DNA from: an uncultured Acidobacteriota bacterium
Lineage (GTDB): Bacteria > Acidobacteriota > Terriglobia > UBA7540
Direction: 5' to 3'
NCBI GenBank assembly: GCA_963804995.1
Contig: CAWDSK010000006.1
Location: 1,184,001 to 1,248,000, forward strand
Length of the DNA stretch: 64,000 bases
In this document: piece after piece, positions 1 through 8,878 of the stretch
Layout of the letters: each line of letters opens with the position of its first letter
Numbering within the stretch: position 1 is the stretch's first letter
Made by a program: the position numbers and the translations under genes
Notes under the pieces: generated by a model
The model's database searches: none
What the model saw: only the letters and a program-made list of their open reading frames with translations
What the model was told of the DNA's origin: nothing

Positions 1-1057
1 CGTAGCGGTCCTTGATGCCAAAGAGAATCTTGATGCCTTCGCCCTCCGAGGGTGGCGGAACCTTCACGGCCTGGAAGCGCCGCTCCAGCGAGCGATCCTT
101 CTCGATGGACTTGCGATACTCGGCCGGTGTGGTGGCGCCGATGCACTGGATTTCCCCGCGCGAAAGCGCCGGCTTCAGAATGTTGGCGGCGTCCAGTGAG
201 CCTTCCGCCGAGCCCGCACCCACCAGGGTGTGCAGCTCATCGATGAAGATGATGGCGTTCTGTGCCTCCATCAACTCCTTCATGATGGTCTTCAGGCGCT
301 CTTCAAACTGGCCGCGATACTTGGTGCCGGCCACGATGAGCGAAAGATCGAGTGCCAGGATGCGCTTGTCGGCCAGGAAGGAAGGCACGTCACCATCCGC
401 GATGCGTTGGGCCAGGCCTTCCACGATAGCGGTTTTACCCACGCCGGGTTCGCCGATGAGCACCGGATTGTTCTTGGTGCGCCGGCAAAGGATCTGGACC
501 ACACGCTCGAGTTCTGCTTCGCGGCCGATCAGCGGGTCAAGCTGGTTTTCCATGGCCGATTGCGTCAGGTCGCGGCTGAACTCGCCCAGCAAGGAAGTCT
601 CTTTGGGACGGGCGGTGGTCGCCTTTTCGCTCTGCACGCGGCTCAACTCCTCGCGCAACGTGGAGAGGCGCAGACCCCGCTCGTGGAGGATTTCAGCCGC
701 AAAGGATTTGTCCTCGCGCAGCAGGCCCAGCAGCAGGTGTTCCGTGCCAATGTGCTTGTGGGTAAGTCGCTCGGCCTCCTCGGCAGCATAAGCCAGCACG
801 CGCTTGCACTCCTGGCTGAGCGGCAGGTCTACCGAAGTCGAGACCTTTTCGCGGATCGGCGTGCGTCCCTCGATCTGCTTGCGAATGGATTCAATGGAAG
901 CGTGGGAGCGCAGGAAACGGTTGGTGAGGGCCTTGTCTTCACGCAGCAATCCCAAGAGCAGATGCTCGGTTTCAATATAGGGGCTGCCAAACTGGCTGGC
1001 CTCATAGCGAGCGAAGAAGATGACACGCCGAGCTTTTTCGGTGTACCTCTCGAACAT
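1..1057 (-). CDS. clpC: ATP-dependent Clp protease ATP-binding subunit (ClpC/ClpA family), 5' part; runs off the window
   Basis: Manual minus-strand translation from ATG 1057: [24 protein letters not shown]...[15 protein letters not shown]...[14 protein letters not shown] (Clp-N repeats, Walker A and B). GAGGAG RBS upstream. Missing from the ORF track because the stop is outside the window. Confidence 0.93.
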   Translation of the reverse strand, partial: MFERYTEKARRVIFFARYEASQFGSPYIETEHLLLGLLREDKALTNRFLRSHASIESIRKQIEGRTPIREKVSTSVDLPLSQECKRVLAYAAEEAERLTHKHIGTEHLLLGLLREDKSFAAEILHERGLRLSTLREELSRVQSEKATTARPKETSLLGEFSRDLTQSAMENQLDPLIGREAELERVVQILCRRTKNNPVLIGEPGVGKTAIVEGLAQRIADGDVPSFLADKRILALDLSLIVAGTKYRGQFEERLKTIMKELMEAQNAIIFIDELHTLVGAGSAEGSLDAANILKPALSRGEIQCIGATTPAEYRKSIEKDRSLERRFQAVKVPPPSEGEGIKILFGIKDRY

Positions 1058-1112
1058 AGCTCCTCAGTCCTTCTGGAACCCCACTCCCTCTCGCTCGCAG
1101 GGAGTGCAGGAG

Positions 1113-1844
1113 TTATGGAACTCTTGGAACTACCGTTTCCGTCAGCTTTCCATCCGCCAAACGCAAGGTCCGATTGGCGCGACGGGCCAATTCCAAATTG
1201 TGCGTAGCCAGCACAGAGGTCAAGTGATGCGAACGGTGCAAACTTTCCAGCAGGTCAATCACTCGCTGCGCCGTACGGTGGTCCAAACTTCCCGTGGGCT
1301 CATCTGCCAGTAACAGGGCTGGCTGATTGGCGAGCGCTCGGGCCAGCGCCACCCGCTGCTGTTCACCACCTGAAAGCTCTCCCACGCGGCGCCCCGCAGC
1401 GTTTTCCAGACCGACTTCGCCGAGCAACTCTTTGGCGCGTCCCCAGGCATCGCGATAAGAAAACCCGCGAATCAACTGCGGAATCACGACGTTCTCAAGC
1501 GCACTAAACTCCGGCAGCAGATAGTGCATCTGCCAGACAAAGCCTATCTTTACATTGCGATAGAACGCTCGGTGGTCTTCCTGAAACTCGCTCAATCGCC
1601 TGCCGTCAAAGTATACCTCACCCTTCGTCGGAGTGTCCAGAGCAGCCAGCAAGTGCAATAGCGTGGTCTTCCCGGAACCCGACTCTCCCACCAGCGCGAT
1701 GAATTCACCCGCCCGGATTTCCAGGTTCAGGTCCTCGAAAACCGCCACTTCTTCGCTGCCTGAACGGAAGCTCTTGGTCAGATTCTCGGCGCGCAAGAGC
1801 GTCTGCGGAACGCCGTCCGTTGTCGGTTGCACAGAGCTAGTCAA
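1113..1844 (-). CDS. lolD: Lipoprotein-releasing ABC transporter ATP-binding protein
   Basis: GESGSGKTT, LSGGEQQRVALARAL, DEPTG motifs; downstream of lolE-like gene. Confidence 0.88.
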   Translation of the reverse strand: MTSSVQPTTDGVPQTLLRAENLTKSFRSGSEEVAVFEDLNLEIRAGEFIALVGESGSGKTTLLHLLAALDTPTKGEVYFDGRRLSEFQEDHRAFYRNVKIGFVWQMHYLLPEFSALENVVIPQLIRGFSYRDAWGRAKELLGEVGLENAAGRRVGELSGGEQQRVALARALANQPALLLADEPTGSLDHRTAQRVIDLLESLHRSHHLTSVLATHNLELARRANRTLRLADGKLTETVVPRVP

Positions 1845-1865
1845 ATGTCGTCCTTGTCCCGCTAA

Positions 1866-2060
1866 ACGAAGGTCGAAAATCGAAATTCGAAACTCGAAAA
1901 TCGCCCAGCATGACGTCGTTTCCCTTAATCACCAGCAGTCCCCAACACGAAATTCGAAACTCGAAATTCGAAACTTGCCCAGCTTGAAGTCGTTTCCCTT
2001 GATTACCCGCAGTCCCAAACACGAAAATCGAAACTCGAAATTCGAAACTCGTCCAGCTTG
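1866..2060. repeat. Heptamer array (TCGAAAN) in three blocks separated by two similar ~45-bp spacers (74-bp period)
   Basis: Blocks end at 1903, 1977 and 2051; spacers cccagcatgacgtcgtttcccttaatcaccagcagtccccaac and cccagcttgaagtcgtttcccttgattacccgcagtcccaaac. Confidence 0.92.
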
Positions 2061-2073
2061 ATGAGCTCTTCCC

Positions 2074-2475
2074 TCATCCGCCCTCGGTCGCCGACTTCAA
2101 CGCCAGCATTGAGCGCAGATATCCGTTCAGCAGTTGCGTTGCACGCTGGGCGATTCGGTCTACCTGGCGTCCCTCCGTAAGCGGGATATAACCCGCGTCG
2201 ACACACGTTGTCAGATGATCCCTCAACTCATAAAGCGACCCTCTGGCCTGCCGGCAAAATTACGCATTCTCTTGATAGCCAAACCGCCCAAACCCTTCAG
2301 CAATATTTGCCGTGACAGAGATTGCAGCCCGCCGAAGCTGGCTGGCCAGTCCAAACTTTTCTGACTCCGGCAGACCCTTGGCCACCTTGTATATCTCCTG
2401 CCTAAGCTCGCGAGCAGCCATCCATACATCCAAGTCTTTGAAATCTCGGACTCGCCCCTTGACCCGCTGGCCCAT
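2074..2475 (-). pseudogene. Four-helix-bundle protein (23S rRNA IVS protein / Avd-like) with internal TAA
   Basis: MGQRVKGRVRDFKDLDVWMAARELRQEIYKVAKGLPESEKFGLASQLRRAAISVTANIAEGFGRFGYQENA*FCRQARGSLYELRDHLTTCVDAGYI...LLNGYLRSM. Family motifs continue in frame after the TAA at 2260-2262 to TGA at 2074. Confidence 0.88.
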
Positions 2476-2484
2476 CGTCACGGG

Positions 2485-2783
2485 CGAGTTTCGAGTTTCG
2501 ATTTTCGAGTTTCGCTCTTCAATTCGCGATTTTCGGCTATCCATCGCAGTGATGCCTACCTACCAGACTCCCCCCTTGAACTGCGGACCATCGTCACAGG
2601 CGAGTTTCGATTTTCGATTTTCGAATTTCGATCTTCGATTTTCGATTTTCGATTTTCGAGTTTCGAGTTTCGGCTATCCATTGCCGTAATGCCCATCTAC
2701 CAAACTCAGCCCTTGGACCGCCAGCCCATCGTCACGGGCGAGTTTCGATTTTCGATTTTCGATTTTCGATTTTCGGTTTTCCA
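2485..2783. repeat. Heptamer array (NTTTCGA), inverted relative to 1866-2060, in three blocks with two similar ~65-bp spacers
   Basis: gagtttcgagtttcgattttcg... runs; each spacer ends in ccatcgtcacrggcgag. Confidence 0.92.
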
Positions 2784-2799
2784 TTCTCATGGAGTCTAT

Positions 2800-4029
2800 T
2801 CACTCATACCTCAGAATCTCCACCGGATTCAGTCTCGCCGCCGCCAGCGACGGGTACAGTGTGGCCAGGAAGCTGATGGTGAGGGCAGCGAGCGCGATCC
2901 ACAAACCATCCAGGGGCCGGGCATGGAACGGCACCGACGACAGCGAGTAGACATCAGCTTCGAGGGGAATCAACTTGTAGGTATTGCCGAGCCACGACGC
3001 GCCATAGCCCAACAGCAATCCCAGCAGCGTGCCCAGCCCGCCGATGGCCACTCCGTGCAGTGTGAAGACCGCCCACACCTGGCGTTGGCGTGCTCCCATG
3101 GACATCAGCACGGCGATGTCACGATTCTTTTCCATCACCATCATGACCAGGGCGATGAAGATGTTGAGCGCCGCCACCACCACGATGAGACCGATGGTCA
3201 GGACGGTGACCAGCCGCTCCAGCCGCAACGCGCTGAAGAGCGAGTGGTTCTGCTCGATCCAAGTTGTGGTGTCGAAGCCGTGGCCGGCAGTGCGGCGAAT
3301 CTCCTCCGCCACCTGGGGCGCTTGATAAATGTCGTCAATCTTGAACTCGATCACGGAAACAACGTCCGCAAGATCAAACAGACGCTGGGCGGCAAGGAGG
3401 CTGGTGAACGCCCAGGAGGCGTCAATGTCGTAGAACCCCGAATCGAAAACTCCCACAACGCGGAAGTGGCGGAACTTGGGCACCACCCCGGTCGGCGTCA
3501 AGTAGCCTTGGGGGCTGGTCACCAGGACCGAATCGCCCACAAAGACGCCCAGGGATTTGGCCAGTTCCTTGCCGATGATGATGGGGTCAGCGTTAGGAAA
3601 GGTCTCCCCCAGGCCCGCGAGCGAGCCTTCGCGCAGCCGCTTCAGCAAGTCGCCCACTTTCACTTCGCGCGCCGGGTCAACGCCCTTCAGCACGATGCCC
3701 GCAGCGCGCGAGCCGTGGGAGGCCAGGACTTCCCCATAGAGCGAGGGGGCGGTGGCCACCACGTGCGGCACGTGCGCCAGGCGGTCGGCGAGCTGATCGA
3801 AGTTCCTGATGCCGTCGCTCTCGGTGCGCAGCAGGTTGACGTTGGCGGTGGCGCCCAGCAGGCGGCTCTCCAGTTCTTCGCGAAAGCCGTTGTTGATGGC
3901 CAGCGCAATCACCAGCGCCGAGACCCCCGCCATCACCCCAATCACTGAAATCACGGTGATGATCGAGATGGCCGCCTGCCGCCGCTTGGCCTTGAGGTAG
4001 CGCAGCGCCACGAAGAATTCGAAGTTCAT
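2800..4029 (-). CDS. lolE: Lipoprotein-releasing ABC transporter permease (LolC/LolE family)
   Basis: MNFEFFVALRYLKAKRR..., VMEKNRDIAVLMSMGA, C-terminal AARLNPVEILRYE. Confidence 0.88.
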   Translation of the reverse strand: MNFEFFVALRYLKAKRRQAAISIITVISVIGVMAGVSALVIALAINNGFREELESRLLGATANVNLLRTESDGIRNFDQLADRLAHVPHVVATAPSLYGEVLASHGSRAAGIVLKGVDPAREVKVGDLLKRLREGSLAGLGETFPNADPIIIGKELAKSLGVFVGDSVLVTSPQGYLTPTGVVPKFRHFRVVGVFDSGFYDIDASWAFTSLLAAQRLFDLADVVSVIEFKIDDIYQAPQVAEEIRRTAGHGFDTTTWIEQNHSLFSALRLERLVTVLTIGLIVVVAALNIFIALVMMVMEKNRDIAVLMSMGARQRQVWAVFTLHGVAIGGLGTLLGLLLGYGASWLGNTYKLIPLEADVYSLSSVPFHARPLDGLWIALAALTISFLATLYPSLAAARLNPVEILRYE

Positions 4030-4040
4030 ACGCGTCAACA

Positions 4041-5585
4041 TTACCCCTGCTTTTCCGGCCGCAGCAGGGGGAACAAAATCACATCGCGGATGGAGCGCGA
4101 GTCAGTCAGCAGCATGGTAAGGCGGTCGATGCCGATGCCTTCCCCACCCGTCGGCGGCATGCCGTAGCTGAGCGCGCGAATGTAATCCTCGTCGATAGCG
4201 TGCGCCGTCAGGTCGCCCTTCTCCCGCAGGAACTGCTGGTAGCCAAAGCGGTCGCGCTGCTCGACAGGGTCGTTGAGCTCGCTGAAGGCGTTGGCGAGTT
4301 CCATGCCGCCCACGTAAAGTTCGAAGCGCTCGACCAGGTTGGGATCTTCGCGCTTCTGCTTGGAAAGGGGCGAAACCTCCAGCGGATAATCGACGATGAA
4401 GGTGGGCTGAATCAGTTGGCGTTCGGCCACGGCTTCAAACAACTCCGCCAGAGCCATGCCCGGCGCTTTCCCTTCGTCCCTTGGAAGGGGTTCAGCGCCA
4501 CTCCCGGGCTGCGCGGCCCACTCGTTATAAGCCGCGACCCAGGCGAAGACCGCCTTGGGCTCCGCCAGATCGTCAACGGTTGGTCCCTTACCGGCCGCGG
4601 CGGGCCAGAACTTGACAACCGCTTCCTTCATCGTGAAGCGATCAAACTTCGCAAACGAGATGCGCTGGCCGCAATAATCGAACTCAACGCTGCCCAGTAC
4701 CGCCTGCGCCACGTGTCGCAGCAGGCGCTCCGTAAGGGCAATCATATCGTGGTAATCCGCGTAGGCCTGGTAAAACTCCAGCATCGTGAATTCAGGATTA
4801 TGCTGTGTGGAGATGCCCTCGTTGCGGAAGTTGCGGTTGATCTCGAAAACCCGGTCGAGGCCGCCCACGATCAGGCGCTTCAGGTAAAGCTCCGGGGCAA
4901 TGCGCAGGTACAGATCCATGTCCAGCGCGTTGTGATGGGTGACGAAGGGACGGGCCATGGCGCCGCCTGCCAAGGGCTGCATCATGGGCGTCTCCACTTC
5001 CAGGTAGCCCTCGGCTTCCAGAAAATCTCTGACGGCCCGCACCAGGCGGCCGCGGCGTTCAAAGGCGATGCGGACTTCCTCATTTGCGATCAAGTCCACG
5101 TAACGCTGGCGGTAGCGGATTTCGACGTCGGTGAGGCCATGCCACTTTTCCGGCAACGGCAGCAACGCCTTGGCCAGGAATTGCAGGCGCTCCGCGTGCA
5201 CGGTAAGCTCCCCCGTCCGGGTGCGGAAGAGATACCCCTCCACGCCGATCAGGTCGCCCAGATCGAGGAGCTTGTAGAGCTCGAAGTCACGTTCCCCGAC
5301 GGCGTCCAGACGCACGTAAATCTGCAGCCGCTTGCCCCCGCCCGCCAGATGCGCAAAACCCGCCTTGCCGTGCGGGCGGATGGTCATCACGCGCCCCGCC
5401 ACGCGGACGGAAATCTTGCGCGCCGCGAGTTCTTCCGCCGAAAGCGCGGAGTTTTCCGCCAGAATCTGCGGGATCGAGTGCGTGATGTCGTACTTGCGCG
5501 GGTAAGCCTCAAACCCCAGATCGACAATCGCCTGGAGCTTCTTCTTGCGTTGCTGGATCAGGTCTTGCGGTTCATTTTCTAACAC
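4041..5585 (-). CDS. lysS: Lysine--tRNA ligase (class II)
   Basis: RYRQRYVDL, LRIAPELYLKRL, FRNEGISTQHNPEFTMLE, YGMPPTGGEGIGIDRL. Start placed at GTG 5585 because the ATG at 5636 overlaps the -10 box. Confidence 0.95.
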   Translation of the reverse strand: MLENEPQDLIQQRKKKLQAIVDLGFEAYPRKYDITHSIPQILAENSALSAEELAARKISVRVAGRVMTIRPHGKAGFAHLAGGGKRLQIYVRLDAVGERDFELYKLLDLGDLIGVEGYLFRTRTGELTVHAERLQFLAKALLPLPEKWHGLTDVEIRYRQRYVDLIANEEVRIAFERRGRLVRAVRDFLEAEGYLEVETPMMQPLAGGAMARPFVTHHNALDMDLYLRIAPELYLKRLIVGGLDRVFEINRNFRNEGISTQHNPEFTMLEFYQAYADYHDMIALTERLLRHVAQAVLGSVEFDYCGQRISFAKFDRFTMKEAVVKFWPAAAGKGPTVDDLAEPKAVFAWVAAYNEWAAQPGSGAEPLPRDEGKAPGMALAELFEAVAERQLIQPTFIVDYPLEVSPLSKQKREDPNLVERFELYVGGMELANAFSELNDPVEQRDRFGYQQFLREKGDLTAHAIDEDYIRALSYGMPPTGGEGIGIDRLTMLLTDSRSIRDVILFPLLRPEKQG

Positions 5586-5634
5586 GCGGATAACCCACAA
5601 CTTGCAGAGAATTTTGGAACACAGGTGAACCGGC

Positions 5635-5664
5635 ATTATAGGTGGCGCGCAAAAACAGTGTCAA
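5635..5664 (-). promoter_or_regulatory. Sigma70 promoter of the lysS-lolE-lolD-clpC operon
   Basis: Minus strand TTGACA-N18-TATAAT, both hexamers perfect consensus. Confidence 0.8.
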
Positions 5665-5697
5665 GAAAGCCGGTGCGGGGGGAGGGGTGCAGTTTGA

Positions 5698-5772
5698 CGT
5701 AGCGGCGGGTTTACCCCGCCATTTTATGCCACGCGATCGCGGGCAGGATGGCGGGGTAAACCCGCCGCTACG
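5698..5772. repeat. GTAG-type REP doublet (REPIN-like), same family as the REPs around the RAYT
   Basis: cgtagcggcgggtttaccccgccat ... atggcggggtaaacccgccgctacg, a perfect inverted pair. Confidence 0.92.
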
Positions 5773-6110
5773 CCAGCAGACTGATCCGGTTCGGGCGGCG
5801 GCGTGACCGCCTAGCCTTACACAACTTGCTGGCGGCAATGGCGCCGATCGCGCCGCCGGAAGTACACCTTCGCGAAACAATTCAAGGTCCAATTCCCTCC
5901 GACGCGCTGAGGCAAGGTTGCCGCGTCGCATGATTCCACCTGCTTAGGAACAGACCGGGTGTGATCACCAGGCCGCCACCTCGTGCCAGAGAGTAGCGAA
6001 TGTATCCGAGGAGCAATGGCACATAAGTTAGATTACAAATTTTACGCTATGAAAACTCTTTTAATTTACGACTTGAAGTTGAGGCTACAAATCCCTATAG
6101 TTGAGGAGTT

Positions 6111-6842
6111 ATGCAGTGGCTCATGGGTGGCCTACTCTGGGGCGCGGTGGGAGTGGCGCTGCGCCGTGTCCTGCGTATGGACTCCCCGGCGCGTACCCGA
6201 GTGGGCGGATTGGTGCCCCTTAGTGTGGAGTTGCACGCCATTTATCATCCCGTGGCGCAAGAAGTCGAAGCGCATGCGGCCATTCTGGGCATCACCCTGA
6301 ATGACGCCTTTGGCGAGCGCAGAGTGAATCAACCCGAAATGGCCTGGGGCATCGTTCACCTGGCGATGGGTGAGTGGGACCGGCTGACGGGATTGGTAGT
6401 GGGGCTGCAAAATACCCTTGTCAAGTATCTGCCGGCTACCCAAGTAGTGGTTCCGGTCCGCCGGGTTTCCGCCGGCAATTTCAAATCCCAGGCCCTGATT
6501 GATTACGTGGGCCTTTACGAGTTCCTGGATCAAGTTGTGTTCAGCTCCCGGCGACGGTTTTCACTCCAGTTGCGTGTGCTGAATCGCACTTCCATCCTGC
6601 TCAGCAAGGAATTCCGCCGAACCTGCCTGGAAGGCGCGCGCACTCACGACCTCTCCCCTGAGGTGTGGAACCGGTTGGATTTCTATTTCCACGATTTCGA
6701 TTTGATTGCCAAGGAGACACTGCTGGCCTTTCGTTCGTTTCTGGCCTGCCAGTCTCCCGCCGGCCTTCGAGAGTTGTCCCGCGACCTGCAGGCCCTCACC
6801 GAGCGCGGCGTGTGCGTCTCCGTTCCAGTCTTGGATCAGTAA
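6111..6842 (+). CDS. Hypothetical protein with N-terminal hydrophobic segment
   Basis: 243-aa ORF with GAGGAG RBS; no family recognised. Confidence 0.7.
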   Translation: MQWLMGGLLWGAVGVALRRVLRMDSPARTRVGGLVPLSVELHAIYHPVAQEVEAHAAILGITLNDAFGERRVNQPEMAWGIVHLAMGEWDRLTGLVVGLQNTLVKYLPATQVVVPVRRVSAGNFKSQALIDYVGLYEFLDQVVFSSRRRFSLQLRVLNRTSILLSKEFRRTCLEGARTHDLSPEVWNRLDFYFHDFDLIAKETLLAFRSFLACQSPAGLRELSRDLQALTERGVCVSVPVLDQ

Positions 6843-6854
6843 AGGCGCGCAGCG

Positions 6855-6994
6855 CCGGAATCCGAAAATCGAAACTCGTAACCCGACATTCGAAATCCGC
6901 AATCCGAAATCCCCAGTTCGAAATCTGAAATTCGAAATCCAGAATCCGGAATTCGAAATCCCAAATTCGAAAATCGAAATCCGAAACTCGGAAT
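6855..6994. repeat. Tandem array of 20 degenerate heptamers (YCGAAAT consensus)
   Basis: ccggaat ccgaaaa tcgaaac tcgtaac ccgacat tcgaaat...; 7-nt phase kept over 140 nt. Confidence 0.93.
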
Positions 6995-7100
6995 TCGCGG
7001 GTGGCGCCCCGATGCATCGGGGCGGCCCTTAAAGGTAGTAAGATGCCCTCGTTGTGATCGCCTCCATGCCAAAAGGCGGCACGCAGGCGCCACCCGCGCG

Positions 7101-7216
7101 TTTGGAGTGCGGCGACTCGTCGCCGCTTTCTGACGCCGCGACTAGTCGCGGCGTAACACCTGCCGCTGACAAGTCAGCGGTCAGAAAAAGCGGGAGCGAG
7201 CTCCCGCGCTCCAAAA
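7101..7216. repeat. GGAG-type REP composite element, copy 1
   Basis: ttggagtgcggcgactcgtcgccgcttt ... aaagcgggagcgagctcccgcgctccaa with internal palindromes; near-identical copy at 22317-22430. Confidence 0.88.
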
Positions 7217-7491
7217 ATTGGGCGGGCGCCTCGACGAGTCGGGGCGATTTAGTTAAGCCAGCCGGTCCATGGTCAAGACGGACGAAGCGTTGCGGTCATC
7301 GCATCGGACGCCGTCCCGGGCCGAGCTCGTAATGGCGTCTCTAGGTCAGGACCATCGGGGGCAGGGTCAGACACGTGAAGCGCAGAGCTGAGCTCGCTCT
7401 GCGGCAGCCGGCCAAGCTTACTCCTCTTGAATCCGCTGGCAGGTGGCATTAGACTCTTGGCTCAAATCTGGTCAACTCCAGGAGTTACCCC

Positions 7492-8168
7492 TTGTCTGTG
7501 TCCATTGCCACGTTTCACTCTGAAGTAGAAAAGCTCATCCGAAAGTTTCAAGCCGACCACCAGTACTATTCCTCCAAGGACTATGTTGAGGCCCAGGCGC
7601 GCATGGACCTCATCACTCCGTTTTTCAAGGCGTTGGGATGGGATGTCGAGAACGAGGCTGGCCTGGTGCACCACGACCGGGAAGTACTGGTGGAAAAGGG
7701 CGACATGGAGGCCACCGGGCGACCCGACTATAACTTCCGTATCGGCGGGCAGACCAAGTTTTACGTGGAAGCCAAGTCGCCTTCCGAGCCGCTCGACACG
7801 CCGCGCCACATTTTGCAAGCCAAGGGTTATGTTTGGAACACCAAGAGCGTTTACTTCGTCATCCTCACGAACTTCGAGGAATTCCGTTTCTACGACGCCT
7901 CCGCCCAGCCCGACCCCAAGCGTCCTGACGAGGGCCTGCTGCTCAGCCTCCGCTATTCCGATTACCCAGTGAATGCGGAAAAGCTCTGGGAATTCTCACG
8001 CGAGCGTGTGGCGGCGGGTTCGCTGGAAGCATTGCTCCCCAAGATCCGCCGAGCGCCACGGCTGCGAAAGCAGGTTGATGACGTTTTCCTGGACGAGATG
8101 ACGGGCTGGCGGGAAGACCTCGCCAAGAACATTCACAAGAACAATCCCGAACTCACCGCCCGGCAGCT
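7492..8168 (+). pseudogene. N-terminal fragment of a restriction-modification enzyme (HsdR-N / type IIG-like PD-(D/E)xK domain)
   Basis: EAQARMDLITPFFKALGWDV, RPDYNFRIGGQTKFYVEAK, ILTNFEEFRFYD. The ORF then runs into the antisense of the BON gene; no methyltransferase domain follows. Confidence 0.75.
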
Positions 8169-8822
8169 TCAGTCTTCTATTTTGAGGAGATTCCTGATTT
8201 CGCGCACACCCGGCGCGGCCCAGGCAGCCCGCTCGGCGTCCTGATACTCCACCCAAGTGCGAACGGTCCCAGTCAGGATGACCTTACCACCTTCGGCCTT
8301 CACCGTGATCCTCCTCGCGTCAACAATCGCGCTGCGTTGGAAAGCTGCTTGGATCTTTTCCTTGACTTGGGTTGGCTCCACCTTCGGTTTGAGGACGATC
8401 TGGTTGTTGACATCCGTGACCCCCGCTAAGTGGAGCACGACTTGGAGTGCGATCTCCCTCTCGAATTGCTTCTCAACCTCGCCTTCCAGAGTGATCCGCC
8501 CTTTTTCTACGGTCACCTTAATGCAGTCTTGCGGCACGTGGGCATGCCATTTGAGTGCGTTCTCTGCCGCCCGGGCAAGATCCGCGTCGGTTAGCTCGCG
8601 GAAGCGAGCAGGTTCAACTCTTATCTCATCGGCCAACGCCTTGACGCCAGACACTCGCTTGGCGGCCCCGTCGGCCGCCCACTTCTCCGCGAAGGATTCA
8701 ACACGACCGGCGAGCGTCACCATGCCGTCCTTCACTTCCACCCGAATCTGCGCGGCATTGACCGCTGGGTCCCACTTGAGTTCGTCCAAAACATCTCTTT
8801 GCAATTGGATGTCACTCTTCAT
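8169..8822 (-). CDS. Triple BON-domain (OsmY-like) protein
   Basis: MKSDIQLQRDVLDELKWDP..V.LAG.V; three BON repeats; AERAAWAAPGV. Confidence 0.9.
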   Translation of the reverse strand: MKSDIQLQRDVLDELKWDPAVNAAQIRVEVKDGMVTLAGRVESFAEKWAADGAAKRVSGVKALADEIRVEPARFRELTDADLARAAENALKWHAHVPQDCIKVTVEKGRITLEGEVEKQFEREIALQVVLHLAGVTDVNNQIVLKPKVEPTQVKEKIQAAFQRSAIVDARRITVKAEGGKVILTGTVRTWVEYQDAERAAWAAPGVREIRNLLKIED

Positions 8823-8878
8823 AGGGCCGCTCCTTTCGCTATGCCCATCCTGTTCGATCAGTTAAATTCCCCCGCAGG

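Noticed and set aside
2260..2262. Stop-codon reassignment or readthrough
   Set aside because: TAA terminates ordinary genes in this window (e.g. lysS, lolD); a point mutation or sequencing error is simpler.
1866..2783. CRISPR-like repeat-spacer array
   Set aside because: The spacers resemble each other and the repeats are variable-length heptamer runs.
12..5582. Long plus-strand ORFs (12-791, 230-1207, 2689-3948, 4200-5582) and similar ORFs elsewhere
   Set aside because: Antisense shadows of well-supported genes in GC-rich DNA.
6017..6032. Sigma54 promoter (TGGCAC-N5-TTAG)
   Set aside because: The -12 element lacks the conserved GC; too weak to call.
6561..7093. Short ORFs with KIEIRNSK/FEFRIS-like repeats (also near 1840-2060, 2312-2689 and 26259-26928)
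   Set aside because: These are translations of non-coding heptamer arrays.
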